DNA of 62,000 nucleotides from Chiloscyllium plagiosum (taxonomy: Eukaryota), in assembly GCF_004010195.1 (NCBI RefSeq), contig NC_057753.1, positions 7,741,304-7,803,303 on the forward strand. The letters run 5' to 3'. A program made the translations under genes and the position numbers. Numbering within the stretch: the stretch's first letter is position 1; every line of letters begins with the position of its first letter. Below the pieces are notes generated by a model, which saw only the letters and a list, made by a program, of their open reading frames with translations, did no database searches and had not been told where the DNA came from. Below are positions 38,760-52,649 of the stretch, one piece after another.

Positions 38760-39341
38760 CGATGATGCTGCACTTTTAGCAATGTCATGTTGTCCTTGGC
38801 TTTTATCGGAAAGACAGAGGTGCAGTCCTACCTGAAAATGGTTACTTTGAACAACAGCATGGGAGTGACTCGGTCTCCAAGTTCAGGTTTTGTTTTCTGA
38901 TTTGATTTGTTTTAGCAAGTAGGCAGGAAACCACCGGGGACCCAGACAATCAGATACAGTGAAAAGAGCTGCCTTGCTTCAACAGAGGCCTTTCTGATCT
39001 TCCTCTCTGAAAACTGTCCTGCCTGTAATAAGCTCTGTTTGAATTTAAATTTTCCAGTGGTGTGTTTATAGGATGGTGCAGAGATTGGAAAAGCTTCATG
39101 AAGTTGTGATAGAATCAGTTGGGTTATCAAATATGCAAAGTTAATTGAAATTCAGTTTTCTTTTGTTCGTGGTTTATCAGTAATGCTTAAAGAAATTATG
39201 TTATGTTTAAAGCTGAGTGGTTTGACCAGCTGCATCAGTTCTGCAACTTCTATTTTAAATGAACCATTTACAAAGAAAAACGTTCGGGGCTTTGCTACTT
39301 TCTTAAAATATTTTGAGGAGGTTTGGGTGTGGTCCATAACA
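38760..39341 (+). mobile_element. Solo LTR (Gmr1-like family)
   Basis: The start GATGCTGCACTTTTAGCAATGTCATG aligns with ~7481-7520. It ends GGTCCATAACA, like the 3' LTR at ~8097. Confidence 0.65.
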
Positions 39342-39959
39342 CTGACAGAAAGTGAAGAGACAGAGAGGGAAAGGGATGGCATGTGTATGGGTTTGGGGAA
39401 AATCGGGAAATAACTCTGAAATGAAATCACAGTCATATATGATATGGTATACGGAGATATGGCATTGAGGGTGAATTGGAGGTTTGGATTAGGAATTGGC
39501 TGGATGGAAGAAGACAGAGGGTAGTAGTTGATATTCTTCTATGTTCTATATGTTCTATGATAGATATCATGTCGACACTCTAAAAAACTTCAAACAGTCA
39601 ATTTCTGTTTTGTAAAGAATTATCTTGAAAAGTAAAGCTTCGTGGGCAATTGTAAAATGTTGTCAATCTGACATCCTTGACCGTTAGGTTGTGCCAATTA
39701 AAACTGATATAGTGCTGAAAATGTTCTTGGTTAATGCCGTGCACACGTAATACAGAGAGAGAGAGAGTGTGCGCGCGTGCGTGCGTGCTTCTGTGTGCAC
39801 GAATCAATTCCAGTTGTGGTGGTCCGATTGTTTCTCCCATTGCCTCCAGATATTTGAATTTTGGCAGGACGTGATTACTCTGTGTACGCAGTTGAATTTT
39901 GTCAGTGCTGAGTGGAGGCGTGTCCCTAAGGTTTAAAAACAGAATGGACTTTTCGTGGA

Positions 39960-40480
39960 AGGCGGTACTGATGAAGTATGGGTGGCGGCTCAAGACCACT
40001 TGCCTGCTGGACTGTTGTGCAACTTGTAATTCACGGCACTGAGAATGAGGGACCACCGCTGAATTCGGCCAGAATCTGTGGGTGACACAGCTTTGTCTTC
40101 TTTAAGTCCATAACCGTGTTCGTGAAAATTTCTTACACCAACCTGAAAGATGAAATCCAGAGTGAATACTGTTAAAAACTGGTCCCTCAACCATTGTTGC
40201 ATCTGCTGCTGTATCGACCTTCATTACAACCAGGTGACCATGTAAGGTGACATTTATGCTAACGGCTTCTAATTTTAATGTTACTAAGCAATTTAACGGT
40301 TCCACTGCACATGCAGGTGGACTTGTTAGAGTGTGAACTTTCCTGGATATCTTATCTATGGGGTTTCTTAATGGTCAAGCCTTGCAGGATATCTTTGTTG
40401 TCTCGAATCCGAAGAAACACATCCCTTACAATCATCTGTCTTCATCTATTGTCAGGTCGGTGACAGGCCATCTTGGAAAG
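39960..40480 (-). mobile_element. Internally deleted Gypsy remnant (protease joined to the RNase H C-terminus)
   Basis: VVMKVDTAAD (DTGA-like) and RIQRWSLILSAVNYK (RNase H end) lie only ~130 bp apart. Confidence 0.65.
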
Positions 40481-41047
40481 ACCTTAAAAATGAATTTCGA
40501 AGGGTTCTGAAAGTGAATGCTGTACCACCTCTCACGAAATATGGCACATCCCGAAATCTGGTGGAATCGGAGCTGTTCAAGCCAAATCTTGTGCAAATGC
40601 TATTCTCGGAGGATTGAAAATTTCTTACAGTACCAGTCAATCTTCAAAGCAAATGAGAATGTACTTGATTTTCCGCCAAAATTCAAACTGAACCACATTC
40701 CGATATGACTGTGTCTTGAAACTTAAAGTGCAAATGTTATTAGGAGCCCTTCATCAAGTTTCATGACTTAGTTAGAACATTGTTAAATTGTTCATCACAA
40801 ATTTATTCATCACAAATGTTCAAAGAATAATGCATGGGAAATGTAATTGTTTGCCATCTTAATGAATTCAGAGCTTTAATTTTACTGAATGTACAAGATT
40901 GCAGAAAGTATTAAGCTGTGAAGGATTGATAGTTGAATAACCATTATCTTTGAATTTTGAACTTAAAATGCAAACTGTTGTTTCAATTAATGATATCCAG
41001 TTCGAAATAAATTGCATTTTATTGGAAATTAAAAAAAATTAAAAAGT

Positions 41048-41361
41048 GGGCGGCACGGTGGCACAGTGTTTAGCACTGCTGCCTCACAGCACCAGAGAAC
41101 CTGGTTCAATTCCCGCCTCAGGCAACAGTCTGTGTGGAGTTTGCACATTCTCCCCGTGTCTGCGTGTGTATCCTCCGGGTTCTCCGGTTTCCTCCCACAG
41201 TCCAACAATGTGTAGGTTAGGTAAATTGGCCATGCTAAATTGCTCGTAGTGTTAGGTGAAGGAGTAAATGTAATGGGTCTGGGTGCGTTGCTCTTCGGAG
41301 GGTCGGTGTGGACTTGTTGGGTCGAAGGGCCTGTTACTACACTGTAAGTAAGCTAATCTAA
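41048..41361 (+). mobile_element. HE1/V-SINE
   Basis: GGGCGGCACGGTGGCACAGTG...GGTTCAATTCCCGCC head, central domain and tail ACACTGTAAGTAA. Confidence 0.93.
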
Positions 41362-42625
41362 AAAGATTTCTGATGAAATTTTTAACGATTTGGCGGAGGC
41401 ATGCTTTGTTGTGGGGATTTCCTGCGGTCTGGTGTGGGATAATGCTGCACAGTATATGCATTGCATGAGGCTCAGCGATTGTCGATTCTCAGTGGTCTTC
41501 CCACATCTCTGTCAGACAAGTCAACTAAATTTAAACGTCCATTTGGACCCTGCCTCATTTGCAGCATTTTCTAATTTTAGTGCCATTGATTGCACCTGTT
41601 TGAAGTCCAATTGGGTTTCAGGTAGCAAGCGTCCTTGCGTAGTTAAATCATTAATCCCAAATAGCAAACAATCTCTCAGCATTTCATTAAGAATTAAGAC
41701 AATATCTCAAGCCTCTGACTGTCGTCTTAACCTGGTGAGAAAACCCGATACAGATTCACGTGGTTCTCAAGAAGGTTAATTAAGCTGTACATCTCTATGA
41801 CTCTAAAGCCAAAGTGTCTCATAATTAGAAGAGATTTGGGTTCATAATATTCCTTAAGAAAATCCATCAACTATTTCAAAGGTTTCAGTGTCGCGCGCAT
41901 CAGAGGAAAGTCAAACTCGTAATAAATGATTAGTTACAAGGACTACACATTGTTTTTCATTCGTCCCAATACCATTTGCCTGGGGAGAAAAGCGTATTTT
42001 TCAACATACTGGTCCCACTCTTCGACAGCAAGCTCAAACTATTCAAACTTCCCAATAAAAGCATAGTGGCATAAGTAATTACTCCTAGTGAAAGACAACT
42101 ATTGTAGGCAACTTTTCTTCAGGCACGTACAGTTTTGTGTCATCGCCACTGAAACAGCTGCATTGAGATTATTACCCCTTCACCCTTTATGAACAGATGC
42201 ACAGTGTATGGGTTCTGACCGGCCAGCTAAATGCCGGTCCCTGGACTGAAGAGAGAATCATTTCTTTTGATCACCTATTATTTATTTATTTACTTACTTA
42301 TTTAGTTATTGCTACATCAATTACCATTGGAATAAAACAGGCCAAAAATTTCCATCTCTGGTTTGCATTATATTTTGAATATGAAGACGGTTCTCAACAG
42401 TGTGAAATATCTGACAGCTTTTATACCACAGAGAGAAACTGGAAAGTGATGCAGAGCATCCTGTTGGTGAAATGGTCATCATCATAAGAGAGGGAGGTCG
42501 CTGCACACATCAAATTAATGTTTACAAATTACCTAACTCCCACTTCTGGGTTGTGTCCCAGTTTCTTTTAAGTGAGGTTTTACATGCAAAGAATCTGTTA
42601 GTCAATAATCAAAGGCATTTAAATG

Positions 42626-42898
42626 GGTAGGCCATTTAGGACAGAGATGAGGAGAAACTTCTTCACCCAGAGAGTGATGGGTGTGTGAAATGCTCTGCCC
42701 CAGAAGGCAGTGGAGGCCCAGTCTCTGGATTCGTTTAACAAAGAGTTGGATAGAGCTCTCAATAAAAGTGGAATCAAGGGTTATGGAGATAAGGCAGGAG
42801 CAGGATACTGACTGAGGATGATCAGCCATGATTATAATGAATGGTGGTCAGGCTCGAATGGCAGAATGGCCTACTCCTGCACCTATTGTCTATTATGT
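42626..42898 (+). mobile_element. CR1 LINE 3' end
   Basis: GAGATGAGGAGAAACTTCTTCACCCAGAGAGTG...ATGGCCTACTCCTGCACCTATTGTCTAT. Same family as 4320-4577 and 50361-50628. Confidence 0.9.
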
Positions 42899-43289
42899 AT
42901 TGAATTTGCCATACTATTCACTTACAGTGAAATAACTGCACGGAGGCTGATATCATGTCACCAGCCATCCTTTATTTATCTCTTTACTGTACACGGGCTG
43001 TGAGGCGCCAGCTTAATGCCAATCTCGACACTGCGGAAACCTTCCACCTCTGCTATTCATTCATTTATTTTCCTCTACACTGACACGTCACAACCGTAGA
43101 TCTTTATTTAATACACATCACAAACATCGTGTTTGAATGTGTGTGGGGGGACTCAGTTAAAAACACACCAATGTGAAAACAAAATTATGGCATACGTTCC
43201 GCCAACAAGAAAACATCCATAAGGCCAGTGAAGCATTAACACACAAAGCTGGATAAGGTCAATGCTTAGAGGAAGACAGTGAAGTGGGA

Positions 43290-43560
43290 TGTCTGGTATT
43301 AAATCAAATTAGAATTGCAGTGATAAGTAATGTACTCGTCACCCTGCTGCGCCAATCTCTCTGTAAAGATATCTAGAGGATTGATGGTCATCGCATGTTC
43401 CCCCTCCAAGGAGTCCCAGGTTCGAATATCATCTTGGAAGAAGGGCAGGAAGGCTGGAGAGATGACACCCTCCACGGTTCTGTAGCAAGTCTGGCCAGGA
43501 CCAGCATCAGACTTTGCCTGCACGCTTGCACAGTGGGTTCGCACAGATCTGGAGGGTGGG
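43290..43560 (-). mobile_element. Tx1-type 3' fragment
   Basis: YRTVEGVISPAFLPFFQ...LEGEHAMTINPLDIFTERLAQQG...CNSNLI* aligns with the C-terminus of the 27282-27650 ORF. Confidence 0.6.
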
Positions 43561-44829
43561 GTTAAGCTGCAAACAAAAACATAATCAACCGATCTTAACG
43601 TAACTTAATGGAGAGTGCAAGCGCCGACAATCAATGTACACATGTCCATGGAATGAACAGCGGCAGAAAATAAGCTATTGTGATGAACGTCCTTGAATCA
43701 ACACAATCTGCGCTGAGACTGAACTGCTGTATACAACGCCCTTGAGCCCAGCTGCCAAAGGGAAGGGAGGAGAATTCTGTCCCTTAGAGCATCCAATGGA
43801 CACCTCCATTGCCCGGCAGTAAACATGCACATAAAGCATGCATGTCTCATAGAGTGATAGTTTACTTTAGCAGGGAGACAGACCATTTTTCCCAAACTGG
43901 TTGATGTCAACCAAAATGTCCATTCACGCTCAGCATACCTCCCAGCATTTGGCTCATACCCATCTAAATATTTCCTATCCATCTATTTGTTCAAATGCCT
44001 TTAACATGTTGTTACACTACTCGCCCCAATGACTGCTCTGGCAGCTCATCCCATATGTGTAACATCCTCTATGTTAAAACGTTTCCCTTCAAGTTTATTT
44101 GCATTGATTACTCTCGAACCTTAAGCTGACGCTGTCTAGTCCTCTTCCCAAAACCTGGGAAAAAGACTGAGTACGTTCACATTATCTCAGCTTTTCATGG
44201 TTTTACACATTTCGGTAAGATCCCCCATCAGTCACATGCCCTCTCAAGGTTAAACTCCTAGCTTGTCCAACGTCAGCCTATAAATCAGATCCTTGCATTC
44301 CCGAAACATCCTTGAAAATTTCGCCTGCACTCTTTCCAGTTTAGTAACATCCTCCTTATCACAAGGTGACGATAACTGAACACAGTATTTTCAGTGTGCC
44401 GTCAACGATGCCATGTACTTCTGCAATGTAATATTCCAAATTCTATGCTCAATACCCAGACTGTTGAAAGCCAGTGTCCAAAAAACTTCTTCGCTGACAT
44501 GTTTACTTGTGACTTCACTTCCAGAAAATCTGAACTCCTGAAAGACTGTGGACATGAACTCCCAATCCCTCTGTTCCACTATAATTCTGACATCCCTGTA
44601 ATTCACAATGAAGCTACTACTCTTGATTTGACTTCCCATAATACAGAACCTCACACTTATCTATGATAAACGCTATTTGCCATTTACGACCAACTTTTGC
44701 AGCTGATGATAGACCTGCTGCAATTTCTAATAAACTTCCTCACTGTCCATGATACTACCTAATTTTATGTCATCTGCAAACTTTCTTATCATGTCCTGTA
44801 CATTATCATCCAAATCATTCAAATGAAGC

Positions 44830-45615
44830 TTAATCAGAACAGTACTACAACGAGCCAACACACACTGCAACACAGAGAAACTATGCTGAGCAGAGGAAAA
44901 TCGTCCATACGGTGTATTTAAAAAGAATGGTTACTCAATGTACAGAGTCCGCCGATTTCTCAGCAACAAAATCAAACAAGCAGACAAATCACGTCCAGAA
45001 ACCTGAACCACTCTCCACTACATCAAAGACATCTCGAAATGACTGCCAGACTACTCAGACCCCTTGGCATCGTGGCAGCCCAGAAACCCAACAACACAGG
45101 AGAACAGCAGTTAATGAACTTGAAAGACACTAGTCAGACAACAAGCAAAACTAATTTAATTTACAAAATACCGTGCAAGCAATGTAAGAAACACTACATT
45201 GGAAAAATAGGCAGAAAACTCGCCACCAGGATACATGAACATCAACTAGACACAAAATGACATGACCCTTTCTCACTAGTATCCTTACATACCAGTAAGG
45301 AAGGATACCACTGCGACTGGGACAACACATCCATCCTTGGACAAGCCAAACAGAGACATGCGGGAGAATTCGTGGAAATATGGCATTCCAACTTAAACTC
45401 AACAAACACATCGAGTTAGACCCCACCTACCACCCCTTTGGAAAAAGAATCGGAAATGACATCAGAACAGAAAATGACACCACGAACCAAAAGAAAATAG
45501 AAAGCAGGAATCACCAGCAGTGCTTCGCCCGGATGCCCACTGAAAATGCCACCTAATAAGGTGACGAAACGTCTAGAAATTAACCTTGCAGCTCGGCGAA
45601 CAAACCTACATTCAC
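44830..45615 (+). mobile_element. Penelope-like element (Poseidon-type) 3' fragment with GIY-YIG and a degenerate hammerhead
   Basis: NLIYKIPCKQCKKHYIGKIGRKLATRIHEHQL. CCACTGAAAATGCCACCTAATAAGGTGACGAAACGTCTAG at 45537-45576 has core G8 mutated. Confidence 0.85.
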
Positions 45616-47562
45616 ACGCCCATCATTCATATACACAACAAACAATAGTTGTCCAGTAACGAAACCTGAGGCATTCCATTTGTCGCAGATCGTCTGTCCA
45701 TCAAAAAGCCTTCCAATGATACACTCGGCTTGCTATGACCAAAGCAAATGCGTATCCATTTTGCCAGCTCCCTCTGGATTCCAAGCGATCAAACCTTCCA
45801 GAGCGGCTTATCACATGGAACCTTATCAACACGTTCCTGAGATCCATGTAGGCAACATCTACCAGCTGCCCTCGTTAACATTTCTGGTCACTTCATCAAA
45901 GAACTCTAACACAATTTTGAGGCATGTTCTACCATGCACAAAGCTGTGTTGACTACTAACCAAACCTTGTATTTCCAAATGCATGTATAACTTATTTTTC
46001 AGAATCTTATCAAGTAGTGTATCTACCACAGAGGTTACATTTACTAAACTATATTTCTGATTTTTTGTAGCTCTTTTTGAATAAGGGCACAACGTTCGCA
46101 ATTCTCCAGTCCTTCAGGACCTAAATGGTTAATAATGATGCAAAAATATCATCCAAGCCACCCGTAATTTCGTCTCTAGCCTCTCCGAGTGTTCTTGGAC
46201 TTAGCAGGTCTGAAACTGAAGATTAATTCAACTTCATAAATCTCCTCTATTCTTACATGGACTCTCTGCAAGATGTCACCTCTAACTTCCCGAAGTTTTC
46301 AAGTCATCATTTCATTCTCACGGTAAACACCGAGGAAAAATATTCATTGAACACCTTGCCCATCTGTTGCGATTCTACACAGACATGACCAATTTGGCCA
46401 CTGAGGGGTACTATCCTCTCTCTATTTTTGAAGTTTTCCTTTAACATACTTAATTAACCTGTCAGGATTCACCCACATCTTCTCAGCCAACACCATAGTA
46501 TGCCTCCTTTTCACCCTCCTGAATTGCTTCTTCAGTGAACTTCTGTATTGCCCATATACTTTCAGGGATTCCATTGATTCTGGGTCTCTGTACTTGCGCG
46601 ATTCCTCCTTCTCCTTTTGGTCAAAACCTCAAAATCTCTTGTCGTTCAGGTTTCCCTATTCCTATCAACCTTGACCTTCGGCCTCAGAGATACATATAAA
46701 TGATGAACTCTAGCTATCACACTATTAAAGGCCTTCTATTTGCCAGGCGTCCCATTGCATTCAATCAAGCTTCTGCAATCAACACCTGCAAGCACCTATC
46801 TAATTCCATCAATATTCGCTGTGCCCAAATGTAGAACTTGAATATTTGTCCAGTTTTAGCCACATCCAAAACTATTTTTAAATTAATAGTCCTATGGTCA
46901 GATGTGCCAAAGTATTATCCCACTCACACCTCAGTCAAGTGTCCTGCCCTTGAAACAAAACGGAAGTCGATGTTTGTCCTCTCCTGAATAGGATCCTCTA
47001 TGCACTGCTTGAGGAAACTATCCTGAATACACTTAACAAATTCCAACTATCTAAGCACTTGACTCCATTTGAGTCCCATTTTAGGTTAGATAAATGAAAA
47101 TCACTTTACAATGAAATCTGTATTACGCCTGCAAGTCTTCCCTATCTCCCTGGATATATGTTCCTCGAGTTCCCATTGACCATTACGGGTATATAGTACA
47201 ATCCCAATAACGTCACTGTCCATTTCGAGTTACTTAACTCCACTCACAAAGCCTCACTGAATAATCTATCAATTATTTCATTTCCAATTAATACTGGGAT
47301 ACTCCCTTAATCAAAAATGAAACACTCTCTCGCCTCTTTCCTCCAATTTGGTCCCACCTAAAGACCACACATTTGACTCTCTGTTGTTTAGGATCTCTCC
47401 GTCCGCCACTTTATTTTATATTCTCCCTTGCACCATGAGCAAAGTTGGCCGCCAAGGTATTGGTTTCCCTGCAGCTCATGTGCAACCCGTTCTGCGATTC
47501 CAGAACGTGGAAACCAGCAGACAATACACAATCGGGATTCTCTTTTGCGTGTACGGAATGTA

Positions 47563-47881
47563 TTAGGTTAGATTACTTACAGTGTGGAAACAGGCCCTTC
47601 GGGCCGACAAGTCTGCACGGATCCACCGAAGCGCAACCCACCCAGAAGCATTCCCCTACATTTAACCCTTGAACTAACCCTATGGGCAATTTAGCGTGGC
47701 CAATCCACCTAACCTGCACATTTTTGGATTGTGGGAGGAAACCGGAGCATTCGGAGGAAACCCACGTAGTCACGGGGAGAATATGCAAACTCCAGACAGC
47801 GAGTCACCTGAGGTGGGAATTGAACACGGGTTTCTGGCGCTGTAATGCAGCAGTGCTAACCACTGGTCCACCGTGCCGCCC
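47563..47881 (-). mobile_element. HE1/V-SINE
   Basis: Reverse complement of the SINE seen at 33639-33960. Confidence 0.93.
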
Positions 47882-49390
47882 AACTGCACATGGATCTATG
47901 GAATCGCCTATCACTAAGGTCCTGTTTAACTTTGTCGTTTCGCACTGCGCCCCAGAGGCAGTTGTTGTGCCTTCTGGAGTTTTCCCCGAATGGTGACTCC
48001 CTCTACCCCTCCAATACTAAACAAAACGGTTCCCTTGTTTTCGAGGGCAATGGTAACAAGGTATTCCACCATTCCCTGCCTACTCCCTTTGCCTTTCCTG
48101 TCGGTAAGCCAGCAATTCTCTGCCTGCACCTTGAGTGTGACCACTTCAGTAAAACTTTAGCATCTCAAATGATGCTGAGTGCAACCAGATCCCTAACACG
48201 GTCTTCCCGTGAACTGAAGCTGGTTTCCCGAAGATGTCGTCATCCGGGACAATGGAAGTTTCCAGCGCTTCCCCATTGCAAGATGAGAATAAATTTTGGA
48301 ATACGGTAAGCAATACGTGTAATGTGTATTACAGAGAACGTTTTGTTAAGCTTTGATTGAGAAATTATGACATGCACGGCTTTTCTGGAATTTAGATTTT
48401 CGATTTGCATAATGCTATGGCCCATGATTTGAAACCCAATAGCAGTCGCAAATAAAGTTAATATGATAAGCACAGTGAAAATATACAACGCCCTGAAAGT
48501 CGTGATTTCATATAAACCTGTTGGACTACATCTAGAGTGACGTAGTTTATGATTTTGGCCAACTCTGACCAACACAGACACGTCCACAGCATGGCTTATT
48601 TGCAGATGTATAAAGGCAATTTCCAAACATATTGAAAATACGTGAAACACAATCAGAGGTGTAAATAAGAGACTAACTGTACGCGATTGATCTTTGGTCT
48701 CCCTCTGAAATGTATTGTCGCCTGAGTCGCTTGCCTGTTGGTGTTTGCTAATGAAATGGGAAATAAAGTTTTGCACCAGAGCTGCACGTGCTTCTTTCCC
48801 CTCTACCTCTGTCTTTAGGTATTCCTCCGTGATACACAGGTCAGACTGATACAATTAAACTTTTAGCCTGTCTGTCATCTCCTCAGTTTCAAATGGAGTA
48901 TTGCTCAGTATGTCCTTTGGAGTACACGTTAATGATCGTTCATCTCGGAGAAATTCTTTGTCACTAGACTGCTATTTTTGGCGAGTACATTCAAAGCGAG
49001 ATTTGGTGACAAGGACATCAAGAAAAATGACAAGTTCAATTCACTTGCAGCAACAAGCAGAGACACCCCTGTTTGCTCGGGGTTGAGGGAGCACAGTTAT
49101 TTCAACTCTTTTGTAACCTGGGGTATTTTGATTGTTAGATAAACGTGTAACCATTGCACAAGAGAAGTACGACGCCCGACGTTTACCCATCGAACTTCCC
49201 ACATCATTCAAAACTGAGACTGCTATTGCTTCATATTTTTTATTCATTCAATAGATCAACATTGGCCTAGATATTGGCAGTATTGTTTATTTGCATGTAT
49301 TATTGGCCAATCCCAACAAGATTGTTCGAATGGTGACTTGCACTACTGCAATCTTTATTCAATTCCACTTGAGCAGCATTAACAGGCTAT

Positions 49391-49471
49391 GTGGTCGTGT
49401 CCGAGTGGTTAAGGTAATGGATTTGAAATCTACTGGGGTCTTCAGCGCAGGCTAAAACTCTACCAACTACG
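49391..49471 (+). pseudogene. tRNA-Ser(TGA) pseudogene
   Basis: GTGGTCGTGTCCGAGTGGTTAAGGTAATGGATTTGAAATCTACTGGGGTC...GCGCAGGCTAAAACTCTACCAACTACG aligns end to end with vertebrate tRNA-Ser (anticodon TGA at 49424-49426). The T-loop/B box is destroyed and stems are mismatched. Confidence 0.85.
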
Positions 49472-50360
49472 TTTCCTATCTTGTTGTCTCTTTTAGTTGT
49501 GCAAAAGTTCCCATACAAGTATTCCTGTTTTACAACGGACTTTCTGACATCAATGTGAGGAGAAATTGTTGCTCACTGGCCATGTGACTTTTTTGCCCGC
49601 AGTCTCAAAATAAATCCTTCTAAAAAACAAGTAGAGATAATATTTACTATCGCACGAAATCGGGGAGGACCTTAATAATTTCGTTGTTATTCAGAAGCGA
49701 GATTAACAATTCATTCTTTCATTAAGAATAGTTAGTGAATAGATAACAGATAACGATAGCAAGGTGAGAAACAGAGAGCAGCATCGGGAAAAATCATCAT
49801 TAGGGAGAGAATGCCATCATAGCAGGTAAGACATAAAATCGCAGCAGTGGAGCATGAAGTCGTGCTGAGGGAGCGATATCAGACAAACGTGGGAAAGCAT
49901 TACAACGTGTCAGAATAACAACGGCATTCAGTGAGTTACTCATTTGAACAGATGGTTGAGGCATGAAAGGTTGAGTGGTCAGTGGTGTACCTATTCGGTA
50001 TTTTGGCGAATTTACTCAGCACCTTAAATATGGAGATGTAAAGGTCACGAAGACTATTTATTTTCATTAGAGAGGCATGGAAAATGACAGATTCACTGTG
50101 AAACAGGGAACAGTGGTGTCATCGAACAGAAAACATCATAATGGAACAGCACACAAAATATTCTTTCAGCCTGGCATGGTGTTTGAGTCCGCAGTTGTGG
50201 TTGATTGGGAGTTATGTTTGCACCAGTCCAAACACTCAACACTGAGAAATGAAAATAACTAAAATTGATAGTTTTATCTGTGGCATGGCAGCAATGCAGC
50301 ACACCAGAATGACACCAGGATAAGTGGCTTCGGTTCTATGAATTATGATTTCATAATCAA

Positions 50361-50628
50361 TTAGACAATAGACAATAGACAATAGGTGCAGGAGTAGGCC
50401 ATTCAGCCCTTCGAGCCTGCACCGCCATTCAATATAATCATGGCTGATCATTCCTAATCAGTATCCTGTTCCTGCCTTATCTCCATAACCCCTGATTCCA
50501 CTATCTTTGAGAGCTCTATCCAACTCCTTCTTAAATGAATCCAGAGAGTGGGCTTCCACTGCCCTCTGGGGCAGAGCATTCCACACAGCCACCACTCTCT
50601 GGGTGAAGAAGTTTCTCCTGAGCTCTGT
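50361..50628 (-). mobile_element. CR1 LINE 3' end
   Basis: (TAGACAA)3 tail plus the reverse complement of a 42626-42898-like sequence. Confidence 0.9.
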
Positions 50629-51688
50629 GGATTTAGATGGTATGTGCTACTCACCTAAGTTATCAGCAATATATAAAATATTCCATAGGCAAGATTGCAA
50701 ACAAATGGTTAAAATCCGAGGGAGGGTGAGCATACAAATTGACTTTAAAACATAAATGTTATTTTATGAGGACGTATTCTGGAAAAAGGACAATGGAAAC
50801 TGAGCGTACACCCCACACAATCCTCTGACGATGCGGTGTCAGGTAAAAATGGTAAAACAGAAACAGCTTTTTGAGGTGAGAGTTTGAAGGTTTTTAGAAG
50901 CAATAAAGGCAAATGTAAAGGAGTGTACAATGTATACACAAATGTGCTTGGATCGACCTCATGTTCTGGATTTCCCTGTCTATCTCCGTCCACACCTATT
51001 TTCAGACCATCCTTAAAACACAAAGATTTGGACACTTGGTTGGCCTCCATTTTCAAGATTTCATTCAATTTTAAAATATTCTTACCAATTATTTCTCTAC
51101 ATTTTAAGTAAAACACATAGGCTCTGGATGGACTTGCGACACTATGGCATGGTGTCTGACACCAGAGGTGTGTGTTATGGTTTCAGTCACGTTTGTCTCA
51201 ATAAACTTTACCTCCCATCAAGTACTTTCACTTACCATCGTGAGATCGCTATCGATCTTCCAATGTTAGTCGATGATTTTTCTCATTACTGATACGTTGC
51301 TTTTACAGGGAAAGTTTTAATGAGACTTTTAAATCAGCATAGCGTTTCAAAGATGTGGCGTGCTCGCTGATTATATATTTGCAATGGTGCCGGTGAGAGC
51401 AATCATCATTAAAACAACTACATAGTTTCATAAGTTTAAGCTTGGTCTTAACATTATGTTCATCTTTCAATGCTTAAATTATAATCGTTGTGTTTTTTTA
51501 ATACATGTGGAAATTCTATCTTGCGCTATTTCAGCAGAATAACCATGAGTAGGATATCAGTACATGAATGTTTCCAGAAATAACTGTCGTCAATGAGTTT
51601 CACTCTTCAAATTTAAATGCCCTGACTTGTCATTGTGGACACATGAAGACAGTCGGCATAAAAAGCAATATTTTCCTTGCTGCCATTA

Positions 51689-51817
51689 GTTCTGAAAAAG
51701 GGTCATAAGTGTAAAATATGAATTCTGATTTCTCTTCAAAAATGCTGCCAGACTAGTTGAACTATTCCCCGTAAATTTTGGGTTTTGATTTCCAGTATCC
51801 TCAGTTCTTGCATTTTT
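51689..51817 (+). mobile_element. Ancient, degenerate PLE-derived hammerhead-type mini-element
   Basis: GTTCTGAAAAAGGGTCA...TAAAATATGAATTC...ATGCTGCCAGAC...TTTCCAGTATCCTCAG follows the same layout as the young elements. Confidence 0.5.
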
Positions 51818-52649
51818 CTCTTCAGATTTCTAGTAGGTACATGGTGAGTCTAATTGTTTTATGGTTACCTTACAAATGACTGCTGATCCATATCTGAGTG
51901 GTCTCGACCTACGAAACTTTGTATAATGTCAAACGCTAACCATACAAAACCCTCTAAAGCAAGCTGACAGCATTTGAAGAGACATTGTGTAGCTGGAGCT
52001 CTCATTGTTTTCAACACATATCGCCGATCACTGATTGTGTCAGGGCGCTAAGGAGCGACAAAAAGTCATAAGAAAGTAAATGTCATATTGAAAGAATTTT
52101 CAAAATGCAGGGGGTGTATCCAGTTCACATTTCAGAATTAAAACTTAAGGTGCAATCTTCATGTTTTAAAAGGAATATGGTCATCAAAAGTGGTCTGTCT
52201 CTGGAAGACTCCAGGTTTCGATACATTTGTAGCGTTATTCTTCGATGTTCTGCGAAAGGAAGAGTTCCAGTCTTCGATTCTTCTACAGTACTGTATTTTA
52301 GTTGTTTGTGGTATGACATTATTCATGATTCCACGGAATCGTTCATCCCCAACACTGATCACTCTCTTGCAGACCATCTCTTACTGCCTTCAAAGTTAAC
52401 CAGTAACATATCTACTGACAGGAAGAGTGCATACAAAATTCGAGAAGAAAAAGAGTAACTGTGCTCGGGTTGGTCTTTTATATATTGACTCTGGGAAATG
52501 GACACTGAAAAATAGTGAAATGTTGGAAGATTTGAATTTTTTTTCAAGCAAAAAGAACACAGATGATTTGGTATGCATAACTAATCATCAGAACATGTAA
52601 GCAATAATGCACTTAAAACGATGTCTAACATCTTGGAAAAAGAAAGAAA

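Larger units (their letters stand above)
43845..48240 (-). mobile_element. Old, long CR1 LINE (minus strand), interrupted by a Penelope insertion and a SINE
   Basis: Remnants YSLVNVTSVVDTLL...QHSFVHGRTCL (45859-46101), GIEHRIWNITLQKY (44391-44654), an APE-like region at ~46800-47330 and an ORF1-like remnant at 47926-48144. Confidence 0.7.
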
